The notes under the pieces were generated by a model. The model saw only the letters and a program-made list of their open reading frames with translations. It was not told where the DNA came from and did no database searches. From Pseudomonadota bacterium (GTDB lineage Bacteria; Pseudomonadota; Gammaproteobacteria; Thiohalomonadales; Thiohalomonadaceae): DNA of 64,000 bases. Numbering within the stretch: position 1 is the first letter of the stretch; each line of letters starts with the position of its first letter. The DNA is taken from positions 190 to 64,189 of the forward strand of contig JAWOIT010000090.1 of the NCBI GenBank assembly GCA_046484535.1, in the 5' to 3' direction. Positions 26,183 to 36,509 of the stretch are shown here, piece after piece. The translations under genes and the position numbers were made by a program.

Positions 26183-26362
26183 TTAACCGCAAAGGCGCAA
26201 AGAACGCAAAGAAAAGTATTCGAATGCTCAGACCGTCATTCCGGCGAATGCCGGAATCCAGAAGATGCCGGGTAGGATTCTCCTGTGATAGAAATGACGG
26301 CTAAAGCAAGTTGGTATTTGAATTTGGTGCTTCCTTTACGGCCTTCGCGCCTTTGCGGTGAG
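26183..26362. repeat. REPIN-like element, family A (copy A1)
   Basis: Left arm ttaaccgcaaaggcgcaaagaacgcaaagaaaag. Right arm cttcctttacggccttcgcgcctttgcggtgag is its imperfect inverse. The ~115-bp centre is not conserved. Confidence 0.85.
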
Positions 26363-26370
26363 ATTTATTT

Positions 26371-27048
26371 ATGATGAAAAAACCTGAAATGGTGCTTATT
26401 GATGTGGACGGCACGCTGGTCGACAGCGTGCCGGATCTGCACTTTTGCGTCGATGAGATGATGAAGGCCCTGGATATGCCGCTGCGCGGTGAGGCCAAGG
26501 TGCGTACCTGGGTCGGCAATGGGGTGGAGCGTCTGGTGCGCCGCGCCCTGACCGACAGCCTCGACGATGAGCCGGAGGACGCCCTGTTCGACAAGGCCTA
26601 TCCGATCTTCCTCGATCTCTATGCCGAGAACACCTCCAAGCGATCAAGGCTCTATCCGGGGGTGATCGAGGGGCTGGACTACCTGCAGTCGGCCGGCTAC
26701 AAGCTCGGCTGTGTGACCAATAAGGCCGAGCAGTTTACCGTGCCGCTGCTCAAGGACCTGGGTATCTTTGAACGCTTCGGCATCGTCGTCAGCGGCGACA
26801 CCCTGGCGGAGAAGAAGCCCCATCCGCTGCCGCTGCTGCATGCGGCGGAGCACTTCGGCGTGAAGCCGGAGAACGCGCTGATGCTGGGTGACTCGATGAG
26901 CGATGTAAAGGCCGCGCGCGCCGCCGGTTTCCAGATCGTCTGCATGAGCTATGGCTACAATCACGGTATCGACATCCGCGACTCAAACCCTGACGCGGTA
27001 ATCGACTCAATGGCCGAACTGCCCTCCGTATTGGAGAGTGCAGCCTAA
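26371..27048 (+). CDS. gph: Phosphoglycolate phosphatase (HAD family)
   Basis: HAD motif I VLIDVDGTLVDS. C-terminal MLGDSMSDVKAARAAG. Conserved position after rpe. Confidence 0.88.
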   Translation: MMKKPEMVLIDVDGTLVDSVPDLHFCVDEMMKALDMPLRGEAKVRTWVGNGVERLVRRALTDSLDDEPEDALFDKAYPIFLDLYAENTSKRSRLYPGVIEGLDYLQSAGYKLGCVTNKAEQFTVPLLKDLGIFERFGIVVSGDTLAEKKPHPLPLLHAAEHFGVKPENALMLGDSMSDVKAARAAGFQIVCMSYGYNHGIDIRDSNPDAVIDSMAELPSVLESAA

Positions 27049-27056
27049 TATTTATT

Positions 27057-27186
27057 TCTCACCACAGAGACACGGAGAGCACAGAGGCAAGTCGACTTTG
27101 TGAACTGTCGATTCTCAGTCAGGCCTATGGTGATGAGGGGCTTGTCAATTAATATCCTCCGTGTACTCTGTGTCTCTGTGGTGAAT
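27057..27186. repeat. REPIN-like element, family B (copy B1)
   Basis: Left arm tctcaccacagagacacggagagcacagaggcaag. Right arm cctccgtgtactctgtgtctctgtggtgaa (inverse). Confidence 0.85.
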
Positions 27187-27229
27187 AGTCATTTATCCGT
27201 GGTACATTGAAACTAAAGTCACTATTGGG

Positions 27230-27310
27230 ATGAACGAAATGGAGAGAAAGCAACTGGACAAACGATGGCGCAGCTGAGGCTGCTCCCTTTGCTTTCGTCT
27301 TTTTTCCGTT
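27230..27310 (+). promoter_or_regulatory. Possible trpE leader peptide plus attenuator-like hairpin/T-run
   Basis: Short ORF MNEMERKQLDKRWRS* (27230-27277) with one Trp codon. gaaagcaa (27247-27254) can pair with ttgctttc (27289-27296), enclosing gcagc-tgag-gctgc, and is followed by gtctttttt. trpE starts at 27337. Confidence 0.3.
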
Positions 27311-27336
27311 TCGATCAAACCGATGGGTGATGATTC

Positions 27337-28836
27337 ATGACTCCTGAACAATTTAAGGTCCTGGCCGATCAAGGCTATAACCGCATCCCGCTGATGCGTG
27401 AGGTGCTGGCCGACCTCGATACCCCTCTAAGTACCTACCTCAAGCTGGCCGATGCGCCCTACAGCTACCTGTTCGAGTCGGTGCAGGGCGGCGAGAAGTG
27501 GGGGCGTTACTCCATCATCGGCCTGCCGGCCCGCACCCTGCTCAGTGTGCGTGGCAACCAGGTGACCGTGACCACTGACCATGAGGTGGTGGAGCAGGTG
27601 GAGGTCGCCGATCCGCTGGCCTTTATCGAGGCGTTCCAGGCCCGCTACAAGGTGCCGGAGGTCCCTGATGTTGATCGGGGCCTGCCCAATTTCACCGGCG
27701 GGCTCGTCGGCTACTTCGGCTACGACACCGTGCGTTATATCGAGCCGCGCCTGGCAGACTGTCCCAATCCGGATCAGATGGGCACCCCCGACATCCTGCT
27801 GATGCTCTCCGATGAGGTGGTGGTGTTCGATAACCTCAGCGGCAAGCTCTACGTGGTGGTACACGTCGACCCGGACGAACCGGCGGCGCTGGAGAAGGGC
27901 GCGACCCGCCTTCGCCAGCTGGTGCATCTGCTGGACCAGCCGATACGCCGTCCCGAGTACACCGCCCCGGCCGAGGTGAATGAGGAGGACTTTGTCTCCG
28001 GTTTCACCCGGGAGGGCTTCGAAGGCGCGGTGGAGAAGGCGCGCGAGTACATTGTCGACGGCGATATCATGCAGGTGGTGCTCTCCCAGCGCATGTCGAT
28101 CCCCTTCGCCGCGCCGCCTTTGGATCTCTACCGGGCGCTGCGTATCCTCAACCCCTCGCCCTACATGTTCTATCTCAATCTGGACGAGTTTCATGTGGTC
28201 GGCTCCTCGCCGGAGATCCTGGTGCGGTATGAGGAGGGCATGGTTACCGTGCGGCCCATCGCCGGCACCCGCCCGCGCGGCAAGGATGAGAACGAGGACC
28301 GGGCGCTGGAGGCCGATCTGCTCGGCGATCCCAAGGAGCTGGCCGAGCACCTGATGCTCATCGATCTGGGGCGCAACGATGTGGGCCGCATCGCCGAGAC
28401 CGGCAGTGTGGAGCTGACCGACAAAATGGTGATCGAGCGCTACTCCCACGTGATGCACATTGTCTCCAACGTCGAAGGGAAACTCAAAGACGGCATGAGC
28501 GCGATGGACGCCCTGCGTGCCACCTTCCCCGCGGGCACCGTCTCCGGTGCACCGAAGATCCGCGCCATGGAGATCATCGACGAACTGGAGCCGGTCAAAC
28601 GCGGCGTCTATGCCGGGGCTGTAGGATATCTCGGTTGGCACGGCAACATGGACACGGCCATCGCCATTCGTACCGCGGTGATCAAGGAGAAGACCCTGCA
28701 CATACAGGCCGGTGCAGGCATCGTCTATGACTCGGTGCCGCGCAAGGAGTGGGAAGAGACCATGAACAAGGGGCGTGCCGTCTTCCGCGCCGCCGCCATC
28801 GCCGCGGCCGGGCTAGACAACAAACAGCATCGGTAA
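27337..28836 (+). CDS. trpE: Anthranilate synthase component I
   Basis: [49 protein letters not shown]-type ([15 protein letters not shown]), GGAVGYL. Confidence 0.95.
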   Translation: MTPEQFKVLADQGYNRIPLMREVLADLDTPLSTYLKLADAPYSYLFESVQGGEKWGRYSIIGLPARTLLSVRGNQVTVTTDHEVVEQVEVADPLAFIEAFQARYKVPEVPDVDRGLPNFTGGLVGYFGYDTVRYIEPRLADCPNPDQMGTPDILLMLSDEVVVFDNLSGKLYVVVHVDPDEPAALEKGATRLRQLVHLLDQPIRRPEYTAPAEVNEEDFVSGFTREGFEGAVEKAREYIVDGDIMQVVLSQRMSIPFAAPPLDLYRALRILNPSPYMFYLNLDEFHVVGSSPEILVRYEEGMVTVRPIAGTRPRGKDENEDRALEADLLGDPKELAEHLMLIDLGRNDVGRIAETGSVELTDKMVIERYSHVMHIVSNVEGKLKDGMSAMDALRATFPAGTVSGAPKIRAMEIIDELEPVKRGVYAGAVGYLGWHGNMDTAIAIRTAVIKEKTLHIQAGAGIVYDSVPRKEWEETMNKGRAVFRAAAIAAAGLDNKQHR

Positions 28837-28843
28837 CAGACAA

Positions 28844-29017
28844 TTAACCGCAAAGGCGCAAAGTGCGCGAAGGTGCGAAAAGCTCTGGAGGGAGGTGCTC
28901 CCTTCACTGTTTGGCTGCTTTGAGGTTTACCAACACTATCAAGCAGCGCAGGGAATCAACGGTGAGTGAAGGTTAAGTCCGTAATACACTTTGCGTACTT
29001 TGCGCCTTTGCGGTGAG
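28844..29017. repeat. REPIN-like element, family A (copy A2)
   Basis: ttaaccgcaaaggcgcaaagtgcgcgaaggtgcgaaaag ... cactttgcgtactttgcgcctttgcggtgag. Confidence 0.85.
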
Positions 29018-29029
29018 AGGGTTTTTTAT

Positions 29030-29626
29030 ATGTTGGTAATGATCGATAACTACGACTCCTTTACCTACAACCTGGTGCAGTACTTCGGTGAGCTGGGTGC
29101 GGAGGTGAAGGTTTTTCGCAATGATCAGGTGACGATATCCGAGATCGAGAAGTTGAGTCCGGATCACCTGGTGATCTCCCCTGGTCCGTGCACGCCGAGT
29201 GAGGCGGGCATCTCCATCGAGGCGATCAAGCACTTCGCCGGCAAGCTGCCGATCCTCGGTGTCTGTCTGGGGCATCAGGCCATCGGCCAGGCCTTCGGCG
29301 GCGCAATCGTGCATGCCAAGCAGATCATGCACGGCAAGACCTCGATGGTGTATCACAGTGACCTCGGTGTGTTTAAGGGGCTCGCCAACCCGTTCGAGGC
29401 GACCCGCTACCATTCGCTGGTGATCGAGCAGGCGAGTCTGCCCGAGTGCCTGGAGGTGACTGCCTGGACGCAGGACGAGGACGGTTCGGTGGATGAGATC
29501 ATGGGGGTGCGCCACCGTGAGTTCATGATCGAAGGAGTGCAGTACCATCCCGAGTCGATCCTCAGCCAACACGGCCACAGGCAGCTTGCCAATTTCCTCG
29601 AGATGAGTGGCGGGGTTCGCCAGTAA
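29030..29626 (+). CDS. trpG: Anthranilate synthase component II (glutamine amidotransferase)
   Basis: [36 protein letters not shown]. Confidence 0.93.
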   Translation: MLVMIDNYDSFTYNLVQYFGELGAEVKVFRNDQVTISEIEKLSPDHLVISPGPCTPSEAGISIEAIKHFAGKLPILGVCLGHQAIGQAFGGAIVHAKQIMHGKTSMVYHSDLGVFKGLANPFEATRYHSLVIEQASLPECLEVTAWTQDEDGSVDEIMGVRHREFMIEGVQYHPESILSQHGHRQLANFLEMSGGVRQ

Positions 29627-29627
29627 T

Positions 29628-29735
29628 TTAACGCAAAGGCCGCAAAGATGCAGAGAACGCTAAGATAATTAACGCTTATTGTTGATGTAGTCCCATCCTT
29701 TGCGGCCTCTGCGTCATTGCGAACTTTGCGTTATA
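29628..29735. repeat. REPIN-like element, family A (short copy A3)
   Basis: taacgcaaaggccgcaaagatgcagagaacgctaag ... cctttgcggcctctgcgtcattgcgaactttgcgttat. The centre is only ~30 bp. Confidence 0.8.
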
Positions 29736-29758
29736 AGCTTTTTTCCACAGGATTTACT

Positions 29759-30982
29759 TTGACATCAACTCCGCAACAACAGGCGAAGGGTCTGCCGTTG
29801 TCATTGGTGGTAGCGGCGCTGGCGATGCTGGCGCCGTTCACCATCGATACCTACCTGCCTTCGTTTCCGGATATTGCAGCGGAGCTGTCGGCCAGCCATG
29901 TGCAGATGCAGCAGACCCTGAGTCTGTATCTGCTGGCTTTTGCCGTTTCCACGCTGATCTACGGGCCGCTCTCCGACAGCTTCGGCCGCCGTCGGGTGAT
30001 CATGGTGGCGCTGACGCTCTACACCCTGGCCTCCATAGGCTGCGCCATGGCCGAGGATATCCACCAGCTTATCCTGCTGCGCATCGGCCAGGGCCTCTCG
30101 GCCAGTGCCGGGCTGGTCGCCGGGCGGGCGATGATCCGCGATGTCTATCACGGCCCGGAGGCCCAGCGCGTAATGGCTCGGGTGATGCTGTTGTTCGGCA
30201 TCGCCCCGGCGGTGGCGCCGCTCATCGGCGGCTGGTTGCATGATCAATTCGGCTGGCGGTCGGTGTTTGTCTTCCTCGCCCTGGTTGCCGCCGCCCTGGT
30301 GCTGATGATTGGTGTGGCCACCCGGGAGACCCTCGCTAGGGAGCGTCGCCACAGCATTCACCCTGTGGCCGTGGGCCGTGCCTACGCCAGGGCCTTTCGC
30401 AGCGGCAAGTTCATGGCGTTGGTGTTCTGCTTCGCCCTGATGTTCAGCGGCTTTTTTCTCTACGTGGCCGGGGCGCCGACGGTGATCTACGACTTTCTCG
30501 GCCTGGGGGTGAACGATTTCTGGGTTCTGTTCGTACCCAGCGTGGTGGCCATTATGGCTGGTTCACAACTCTCCGGCCGGCTGGCCGGGCGGCTGTCGCC
30601 GAAACGTACCGTGAGTATCGGTTTCGGCCTGATGCTGGCAGCGGCGCTGATAAATGTGGTGCAAGGGATGTTAATGATGCCGGCCACATTTAACGTGGTG
30701 GCGCCGTTGGCGCTCTATGTGTTGGGCATGGCGCTGACCATGCCCAACCTCAACCTTATGGCGCTGGATTGTTTCCCGCACAACCGGGGCATGGCCTCGG
30801 CGATGCAGAGCTTCGTGCAGATGACCTTCACCTCGCTGGTGGTGGGGGCGGTGGTACCGCTGGTGGCGGTCTCTGTAACGATGCTGGCCCTGACCATGCT
30901 CGGACTGAATCTGGCCGGCTTTCTCCTTTGGCAATGGCTGAAACACCAACACGGCGGTTGCGAGCGGACCGATTCGGCTTGA
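29759..30982 (+). CDS. MFS transporter, Bcr/CflA-type drug efflux family
   Basis: 12-TM profile. LAMLAPFTIDTYLPSFPDIA and GPLSDSFGRRRV are typical of Bcr/CflA. The start is uncertain (TTG 29759 proposed); the ORF-track start 29717 lies inside repeat A3. Confidence 0.85.
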   Translation: MTSTPQQQAKGLPLSLVVAALAMLAPFTIDTYLPSFPDIAAELSASHVQMQQTLSLYLLAFAVSTLIYGPLSDSFGRRRVIMVALTLYTLASIGCAMAEDIHQLILLRIGQGLSASAGLVAGRAMIRDVYHGPEAQRVMARVMLLFGIAPAVAPLIGGWLHDQFGWRSVFVFLALVAAALVLMIGVATRETLARERRHSIHPVAVGRAYARAFRSGKFMALVFCFALMFSGFFLYVAGAPTVIYDFLGLGVNDFWVLFVPSVVAIMAGSQLSGRLAGRLSPKRTVSIGFGLMLAAALINVVQGMLMMPATFNVVAPLALYVLGMALTMPNLNLMALDCFPHNRGMASAMQSFVQMTFTSLVVGAVVPLVAVSVTMLALTMLGLNLAGFLLWQWLKHQHGGCERTDSA

Positions 30983-31023
30983 CCCCTCGGGGTGGGGGCG
31001 ACAAAATCGATGGTTCTGAATAT

Positions 31024-31175
31024 TCATCACAGAGCCACAGAGGACGCAGAGCACACGGATGTTACAAACAGTGTGTATATCTGCGGTAGGGGTGGTTCAA
31101 TCGGCAATGCGGTACCGGATTGCGATGAACCCGATAACAATTCTTCTCTGTGTTCTCCGCGTCTCTGTGGTGCAA
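31024..31175. repeat. REPIN-like element, family B (copy B2)
   Basis: tcatcacagagccacagaggacgcagagcacacgg ... ctctgtgttctccgcgtctctgtggtgcaa. Confidence 0.85.
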
Positions 31176-31200
31176 CATTAAATCAATACGGTAGATAGTT

Positions 31201-32217
31201 ATGGATATGCAGGCGGCGATTCGGGCGGTAACCGAGGGGCAGAATCTTTCCAGTGAGCAGATGCAGCAGGTCATGCGCCTCATCATGACCGGTCAGGCCA
31301 GCGATGCGCAGATCGGCGGTTTTCTTATCGGTCTGCGGATGAAGGGGGAGACGGTCGATGAGATCGCCGCCGCGGCGAAGGTGATGCGTGAGCTGGCCAC
31401 CGGGGTGAAGGTCTCCGGTGAGCATGTGGTGGATATCGTCGGCACCGGCGGCGACGGTTCGAATACCTTTAATATCTCCACCGCCAGTACCTTTGTCGTC
31501 GCGGCCGCAGGCGGCAGGGTGGCCAAGCACGGTAACCGTTCCGTCTCCTCCAAGTCCGGTGCGGCGGACCTGCTCGATGCCGCCGGGGTCAATCTGGAGA
31601 TCTCCCCGGAAGGGGTCGCACGGTGTATCGATGAGGTGGGTGTGGGCTTTATGTTCGCCCCGATGCACCACAGCGCCATGAAACACGCCATCGGCCCGCG
31701 CAAGGAGATGGGGGTACGCACCATCTTCAATGTGCTCGGCCCGCTGACCAATCCCGCCGGCGCCCCCAACCAGCTGCTCGGTGTGTTCAGTGATGCGCTG
31801 GTGGAACCGCTTGCCGAAGTACTGAAACAACTGGGCAGTAATCACGTACTGGTGGTTCACTCCGAGGACGGTATGGATGAAATCAGCATCGGTGCCCCGA
31901 CCCATGTGGCCGAGCTGAAAAACGGCACTATCGATACCTATACCGTGCAGCCCGAGGATTTCGACCTTGAGCGGGCCGATATCGCCGCGCTGGCCGTGGA
32001 CGGTGCCGAACAGTCGCTGCAAACGGTTAAGGCTGTGCTTGGCGGTGAGGCGGGTCCTGCCCGTGATATCGTGCTGCTTAATGCCGGCGCGGCGATCTAC
32101 GCCGCCGACCTGGTCGACAGTCTGGCCGAGGGGGTCAAACGCGCCGCCGAGGTGATCGACAACGGCGAGGCGATGAAGAAGCTTGAGGCCCTGGCGGCTG
32201 TTTCCAATAAGATATAA
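31201..32217 (+). CDS. trpD: Anthranilate phosphoribosyltransferase
   Basis: [38 protein letters not shown]-like, FMFAPMHH. Confidence 0.95.
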   Translation: MDMQAAIRAVTEGQNLSSEQMQQVMRLIMTGQASDAQIGGFLIGLRMKGETVDEIAAAAKVMRELATGVKVSGEHVVDIVGTGGDGSNTFNISTASTFVVAAAGGRVAKHGNRSVSSKSGAADLLDAAGVNLEISPEGVARCIDEVGVGFMFAPMHHSAMKHAIGPRKEMGVRTIFNVLGPLTNPAGAPNQLLGVFSDALVEPLAEVLKQLGSNHVLVVHSEDGMDEISIGAPTHVAELKNGTIDTYTVQPEDFDLERADIAALAVDGAEQSLQTVKAVLGGEAGPARDIVLLNAGAAIYAADLVDSLAEGVKRAAEVIDNGEAMKKLEALAAVSNKI

Positions 32218-32218
32218 T

Positions 32219-32360
32219 CGCCACAGAGCACACAGAGAGCACGGGGGGTTCAAAGGCAAACTACAGAGTGTGCAGTTAAATCAAAGCCTGCGTGCGCATT
32301 CTCGTATTGACACGGATTCATGAGGATACAAACTCCGTGACCTCTGTGTTCTCTGTGGCA
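32219..32360. repeat. REPIN-like element, family B (copy B3)
   Basis: cgccacagagcacacagagagcacgggg ... ctccgtgacctctgtgttctctgtggc. Confidence 0.85.
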
Positions 32361-32388
32361 AAGAAATATAATCAATTTGGTACCTAGG

Positions 32389-33189
32389 ATGAGTGATACC
32401 CCGGATATTTTGAAGAAGATCGTCGAGCGCAAGCACGAGGAGATCGCCGAGCGGCAGCAGAGCCGCAGTCTCGAAGAACTGAGACAGCAGCTCAATGGCG
32501 CCTCTGCGCCACGCGGTTTCGTCGCGGCGATTCGCGCCAAACTGGAGGCGGGGTTACCGGCGGTGATCGCCGAGGTGAAGAAGGCCTCCCCCAGCAAGGG
32601 GGTGATACGCGAGAACTTTGTCCCTGCCGAGATCGCCACGAGTTATGAAAAAGGCGGGGCGGCCTGCCTGTCGGTGCTGACCGATATCGACTTTTTCCAG
32701 GGCAGCGACGAATACTTAAGGCAGGCGCGTGAGGCCTGTGCGCTTCCGGTGCTGCGCAAGGATTTTATTGTCGATCCTTACCAGGTGGTCGAGGCGAGGG
32801 TGATCGGTGCCGACTGTATCCTGCTTATCGCCGCCTGTCTGAGCGATACGCAGATGCAGGAGCTGAGTGCCCTGGCGGTGGAACTGGGGATGGATGTACT
32901 GGTGGAGGTGCATGACGCTCTAGAGCTGCAGCGCACCCTGCCGCTGAACCTGCCGCTGGTGGGGATCAATAACCGCAATCTGCGCACCTTCGAGACCAGC
33001 CTGGATACCACGCTGGAGTTGTTGGCCCAGATCCCCGAGGGGCGGATCGTGGTGACCGAGAGTGGCATTCACAGTCCCGCGGATGTGGCGCTGATGCGAA
33101 AGAATGGGGTTAACAGCTTCCTCGTCGGTGAGGCGTTTATGCGGGCCGATGAGCCGGGGGAGAAATTGGCGGAGTTATTTGCAATGTAG
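32389..33189 (+). CDS. trpC: Indole-3-glycerol-phosphate synthase
   Basis: [46 protein letters not shown]. Confidence 0.93.
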   Translation: MSDTPDILKKIVERKHEEIAERQQSRSLEELRQQLNGASAPRGFVAAIRAKLEAGLPAVIAEVKKASPSKGVIRENFVPAEIATSYEKGGAACLSVLTDIDFFQGSDEYLRQAREACALPVLRKDFIVDPYQVVEARVIGADCILLIAACLSDTQMQELSALAVELGMDVLVEVHDALELQRTLPLNLPLVGINNRNLRTFETSLDTTLELLAQIPEGRIVVTESGIHSPADVALMRKNGVNSFLVGEAFMRADEPGEKLAELFAM

Positions 33190-33243
33190 GAGCGGCTTCC
33201 AGCCGCGAAAGGGCATTCAATCGCGGCTGGAAGCCGCTCCTAC
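33187..33243. repeat. REP family C doublet between the convergent trpC and crp genes
   Basis: gtaggagcggcttccagccgcga - 11 nt - tcgcggctggaagccgctcctac. It overlaps the trpC stop codon. Confidence 0.9.
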
Positions 33244-33255
33244 AGGTTGTGGGGC

Positions 33256-33891
33256 TTAGCGGGTGCCGTAGACGACGATGGTCTTGCCCTTGGCGCTGAT
33301 AAGGTCCTGCTCCTCCAGGGCCTTGAGGACGCGACCGGCCATCTCGCGGGAGCAGCCGACGATACGCCCCAGTTCCTGGCGGGTGATCTTAATCTGCATG
33401 CCGTCCGGGTGGGTGATGGCGTCGGGGCTGTTGGCCAGGTCGAGCAGGGTGCGGGCGATCCGGCCGGTCACATCGACGAAGGCGAGATCGCTGACTTTAC
33501 GGCTGGTCTTGCGCAGACGCATGGCCATCTGCGAGGCCAGCTGGAACAGGATCTCCGGGTCTTTTTCCGAAAGCTGACGGAAACGGGAGTAGCTGATTTC
33601 CGCCACCTCGCACTCGTTGCGGGCGCGCACCCAGGCGCTACGACCCTGGGTTTCATCGAACAATCCCATTTCGCCGAAAAAGTCGCCATGGTTGAGATAG
33701 GCGAGTACGATTTCGTGTCCGTCGTCATCCTCGATTAGGACCGTGACTGACCCCTTGATGATGTAATAGAGTACGTCCGGTGTGTCACCGGCACAGATGA
33801 TTGTGCTCTTTGGAGGATAGCGACGACGGTGGCAGTGCTCCAGAAAGCGCTCTACTGCCGGGCTTAGCTTGTTGGGTGCCGTAGCCGTCAT
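33256..33891 (-). CDS. crp: cAMP receptor protein (CRP/Vfr-type global regulator)
   Basis: cNMP-binding part ([37 protein letters not shown]) and C-terminal HTH ([26 protein letters not shown]). In the conserved position after trpC. Confidence 0.9.
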   Translation of the reverse strand: MTATAPNKLSPAVERFLEHCHRRRYPPKSTIICAGDTPDVLYYIIKGSVTVLIEDDDGHEIVLAYLNHGDFFGEMGLFDETQGRSAWVRARNECEVAEISYSRFRQLSEKDPEILFQLASQMAMRLRKTSRKVSDLAFVDVTGRIARTLLDLANSPDAITHPDGMQIKITRQELGRIVGCSREMAGRVLKALEEQDLISAKGKTIVVYGTR

Positions 33892-34021
33892 GCTGGTTCC
33901 TTACTGTTAAGGCGGTAAATTTGCTGAATGTCCATAGATATACCAGCCAAACTATTGCTTAGCAAGTAAAATCAATGGGTTTGGTGACAGAGTTGGAAAT
34001 AAATCTGAGGGTTGGGTTTTT

Positions 34022-34444
34022 ATGATGAAAGCACGTATTAAGTGGGTGGAGGGGGCGACGTTCCTCGGTGAATCGGGCAGCGGTCACGCGGTGGTGATGG
34101 ACGGTCCGCCGGATATGGGTGGACGTAACCTCGGTGTGAGGCCGATGGAGATGATGCTGCTGGGCATGGGGGGGTGCACCGCCTTCGATGTGGTGCATAT
34201 CCTGAAAAAATCCCGCGAGGCGGTGACCGACTGTGTCGCGGAAATGAGCGCCGAACGGGCCGAGAGCGAGCCCAAGGTCTTTACCCGCATCCATGTTCAT
34301 TTCATCGTCAAGGGGCGGGAACTGAAGGAGAACAAGGTGAAAAAGGCGGTCGATCTGTCGGCGGAAAAGTACTGCTCAGCGTCTATCATGTTGGGTAATG
34401 CCGGGGTTGAGATTACCCATGACTATGAGATCATCGCAGAATGA
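34022..34444 (+). CDS. OsmC-family protein
   Basis: RPMEMMLLGMGGCTAFDVVHILKK and AEKYCSAS are OsmC/Ohr-type Cys motifs. Confidence 0.85.
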   Translation: MMKARIKWVEGATFLGESGSGHAVVMDGPPDMGGRNLGVRPMEMMLLGMGGCTAFDVVHILKKSREAVTDCVAEMSAERAESEPKVFTRIHVHFIVKGRELKENKVKKAVDLSAEKYCSASIMLGNAGVEITHDYEIIAE

Positions 34445-34845
34445 GTGTGGAGCGCCCCAAAGCGACAGCCGGTATGCACCATGTGGCCCTCTTCGTCGAG
34501 GACCTGGCCGCCTGTGAGCACTTCTATGTGGAGCTGCTCGGCATGCGGGTGGAGTGGCGTCCGGACCCGGAGAACGTCTATCTGACCTCCGGCAGCGACA
34601 ACCTGGCCCTGCACCGGCTCAAGGCCGACTACAATGGCCCCCAGCATCTGGACCATATCGGTTTTATCCTCAACACCCCCGATGAGGTGGACCAGTGGTT
34701 CGCCTTCCTGCGCGAGCACGGCATTACCATGAAGACCAATCCCCGTACCCATCGCGACGGCGCACGCAGCTTCTATTGTCTCGATCCGGGCGGCAACACG
34801 GTGCAGATGATTTTTCATCCCCCTCTTGCCGGGAATGTTGGATAA
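34441..34845 (+). CDS. VOC (glyoxalase/bleomycin-resistance/dioxygenase) family protein
   Basis: MHHVALFVEDLAACEHFYVELLGM..., HLDHIGF, FYCLDPGGNTVQ. Overlaps the osmC-like stop by 4 nt. Confidence 0.8.
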   Translation: MSVERPKATAGMHHVALFVEDLAACEHFYVELLGMRVEWRPDPENVYLTSGSDNLALHRLKADYNGPQHLDHIGFILNTPDEVDQWFAFLREHGITMKTNPRTHRDGARSFYCLDPGGNTVQMIFHPPLAGNVG

Positions 34846-34899
34846 TCCGCCTGTCGGGACCGGGGGGCCGGTCCCTTTTGATTTTGGAGTGATGCTTTC

Positions 34900-35703
34900 G
34901 TGGTAAAACAGAGAAAACTGAAGCTGCACGGTTTTAACAACCTGACCAAGACCCTCAGCTTCAACATCTACGATATCTGCTACACGCAGACCGAGGCCCA
35001 GCAGCGCGAGTACATCGAGTATATCGATGAGGTCTACAATGCCGAGCGGCTGACCCAGATCCTGACCGATGTCTCGGATATCATCGGGGCCACTATTCTC
35101 AATATCGCTCGCGAGGATTACGAGCCCCAGGGGGCCAGTGTCACCATTCTGATCGCCGAGGAGTCGGATGCGGCAGAGCAACTCTCCAACAGTGAGTCTC
35201 CCGGGCCGCTGCCCGAGACGGTGGTCGGCCATCTGGACAAGAGCCACCTGACCGTGCACACCTACCCGGAGAGCCACCCCCATGAGGGGATCGCCACCTT
35301 CCGTGTGGATATCGATGTCTCCACCTGCGGCCGCATCTCACCGCTTAAGGCGCTCAATTACCTGTTGCACAGCTTCGAGTCGGACATCGTGACCATGGAT
35401 TACCGGGTGCGCGGTTTTACCCGGGATGTACGCGGTAAGAAGCATTTTATCGATCACAAAATCAACTCGATCCAGAACTATATCGCCAAGGACACCAAGC
35501 TGCGCTATGAGATGATCGATGTGAATGTCTATCAGGAGAACATCTTTCATACCAAGATGATGCTCAAGGACCTGGACCTGGACACCTACCTCTTTGACAT
35601 CGATGCCGATGATCTGAGTCGGGCCGAGGCGAAACGTATCCGCAGCCTGGTCGAGCGGGAGATCCGTGAGATCTTCTATGGACGGAATATAACCCGCTCA
35701 TAA
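34900..35703 (+). CDS. speD: S-adenosylmethionine decarboxylase proenzyme (E. coli SpeD type)
   Basis: GTG start. [23 protein letters not shown] and [23 protein letters not shown] are near-identical to the E. coli SpeD N-terminus as I remember it. Confidence 0.92.
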   Translation: MVKQRKLKLHGFNNLTKTLSFNIYDICYTQTEAQQREYIEYIDEVYNAERLTQILTDVSDIIGATILNIAREDYEPQGASVTILIAEESDAAEQLSNSESPGPLPETVVGHLDKSHLTVHTYPESHPHEGIATFRVDIDVSTCGRISPLKALNYLLHSFESDIVTMDYRVRGFTRDVRGKKHFIDHKINSIQNYIAKDTKLRYEMIDVNVYQENIFHTKMMLKDLDLDTYLFDIDADDLSRAEAKRIRSLVEREIREIFYGRNITRS

Positions 35704-35801
35704 TTGGCGGGCTTTTCCGAGAAAAGCGGGGCCTTTAGGCCGAATGCCGATCAGTTAAGCGGTAATTTAACATGTAGGAGCGATCGTCCCGGTCGAGACA
35801 G

Positions 35802-36446
35802 TCACACCCAGTAGGCGGTCTTGGTCATCACCTTGGAGGTGAGTTTCATCATTGCCTTGATGGGTGAGGGGAAGGGGGCGCCGCCGGCATTCTGCGCCAT
35901 GTCGGCATGGCGTGCCTCATCCTCATGCATCTGCTTGAGGATGGCGCGAGTCTTCTTGTCTTCCGGTGAGAGCTTTTCCATGTGCGACTCCAGGTGGCGG
36001 CAGACCTGATGCTCGGTCTCCACGACGAAGCCCAGGCTCCATTTGTCGCCGATCGCCCCGGCCAGCGCGCCGATGGCCACCGAGCCGCCGTACCACAGCG
36101 GGTTGAGGTAGCTCACATGGGTGCCCAGTTCGCGGGCGCGTCGTTCGCACCACTCCAGGTGATCATTCTCCTCCAGCGCGGCACGTTCCATCTTTGACCT
36201 GACTTCGGGCAGTTTGGCGGTCAGCGCCTGGCCCTGATAGAGCCCCTGGGCGGAGACCTCGCCGGCGTGGTTGATGCGCATCAGTCGTCCGGCCAGATCC
36301 CGTTCGCTGTCACTCAGCGGGGTCTCGTCAATATCGGCGGAGGGGTTGGGGCGCTCGGTGACGATCGGCTTGCCCGCTACCGTACGAAGCGCGGTGTCGA
36401 GGTTGATAAACAGCTTGTCCAGGGGGGAGTAGTTGCGCATGGTCAC
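35802..36446 (-). CDS. coq7: Demethoxyubiquinone hydroxylase (di-iron Coq7)
   Basis: [33 protein letters not shown] (ExxH di-iron motifs). Confidence 0.9.
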   Translation of the reverse strand: MTMRNYSPLDKLFINLDTALRTVAGKPIVTERPNPSADIDETPLSDSERDLAGRLMRINHAGEVSAQGLYQGQALTAKLPEVRSKMERAALEENDHLEWCERRARELGTHVSYLNPLWYGGSVAIGALAGAIGDKWSLGFVVETEHQVCRHLESHMEKLSPEDKKTRAILKQMHEDEARHADMAQNAGGAPFPSPIKAMMKLTSKVMTKTAYWV

Positions 36447-36509
36447 TCACTTGTTCCGGGTCGGATATCAGTGATCCTATTATTGTCCAGATGGCCCGAA
36501 ATTAACAAA

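Noticed and set aside
27427-28701. 424-aa ORF on the minus strand
   Set aside because: It is antisense to an unambiguous trpE. The composition is Arg/Gly/His/Leu-rich, as expected for the antisense frame of a GC-rich gene. There are no motifs and no RBS.
31183-32259. 358-aa minus-strand ORF
   Set aside because: It is antisense to trpD and runs into repeat elements at both ends. It is a shadow ORF.
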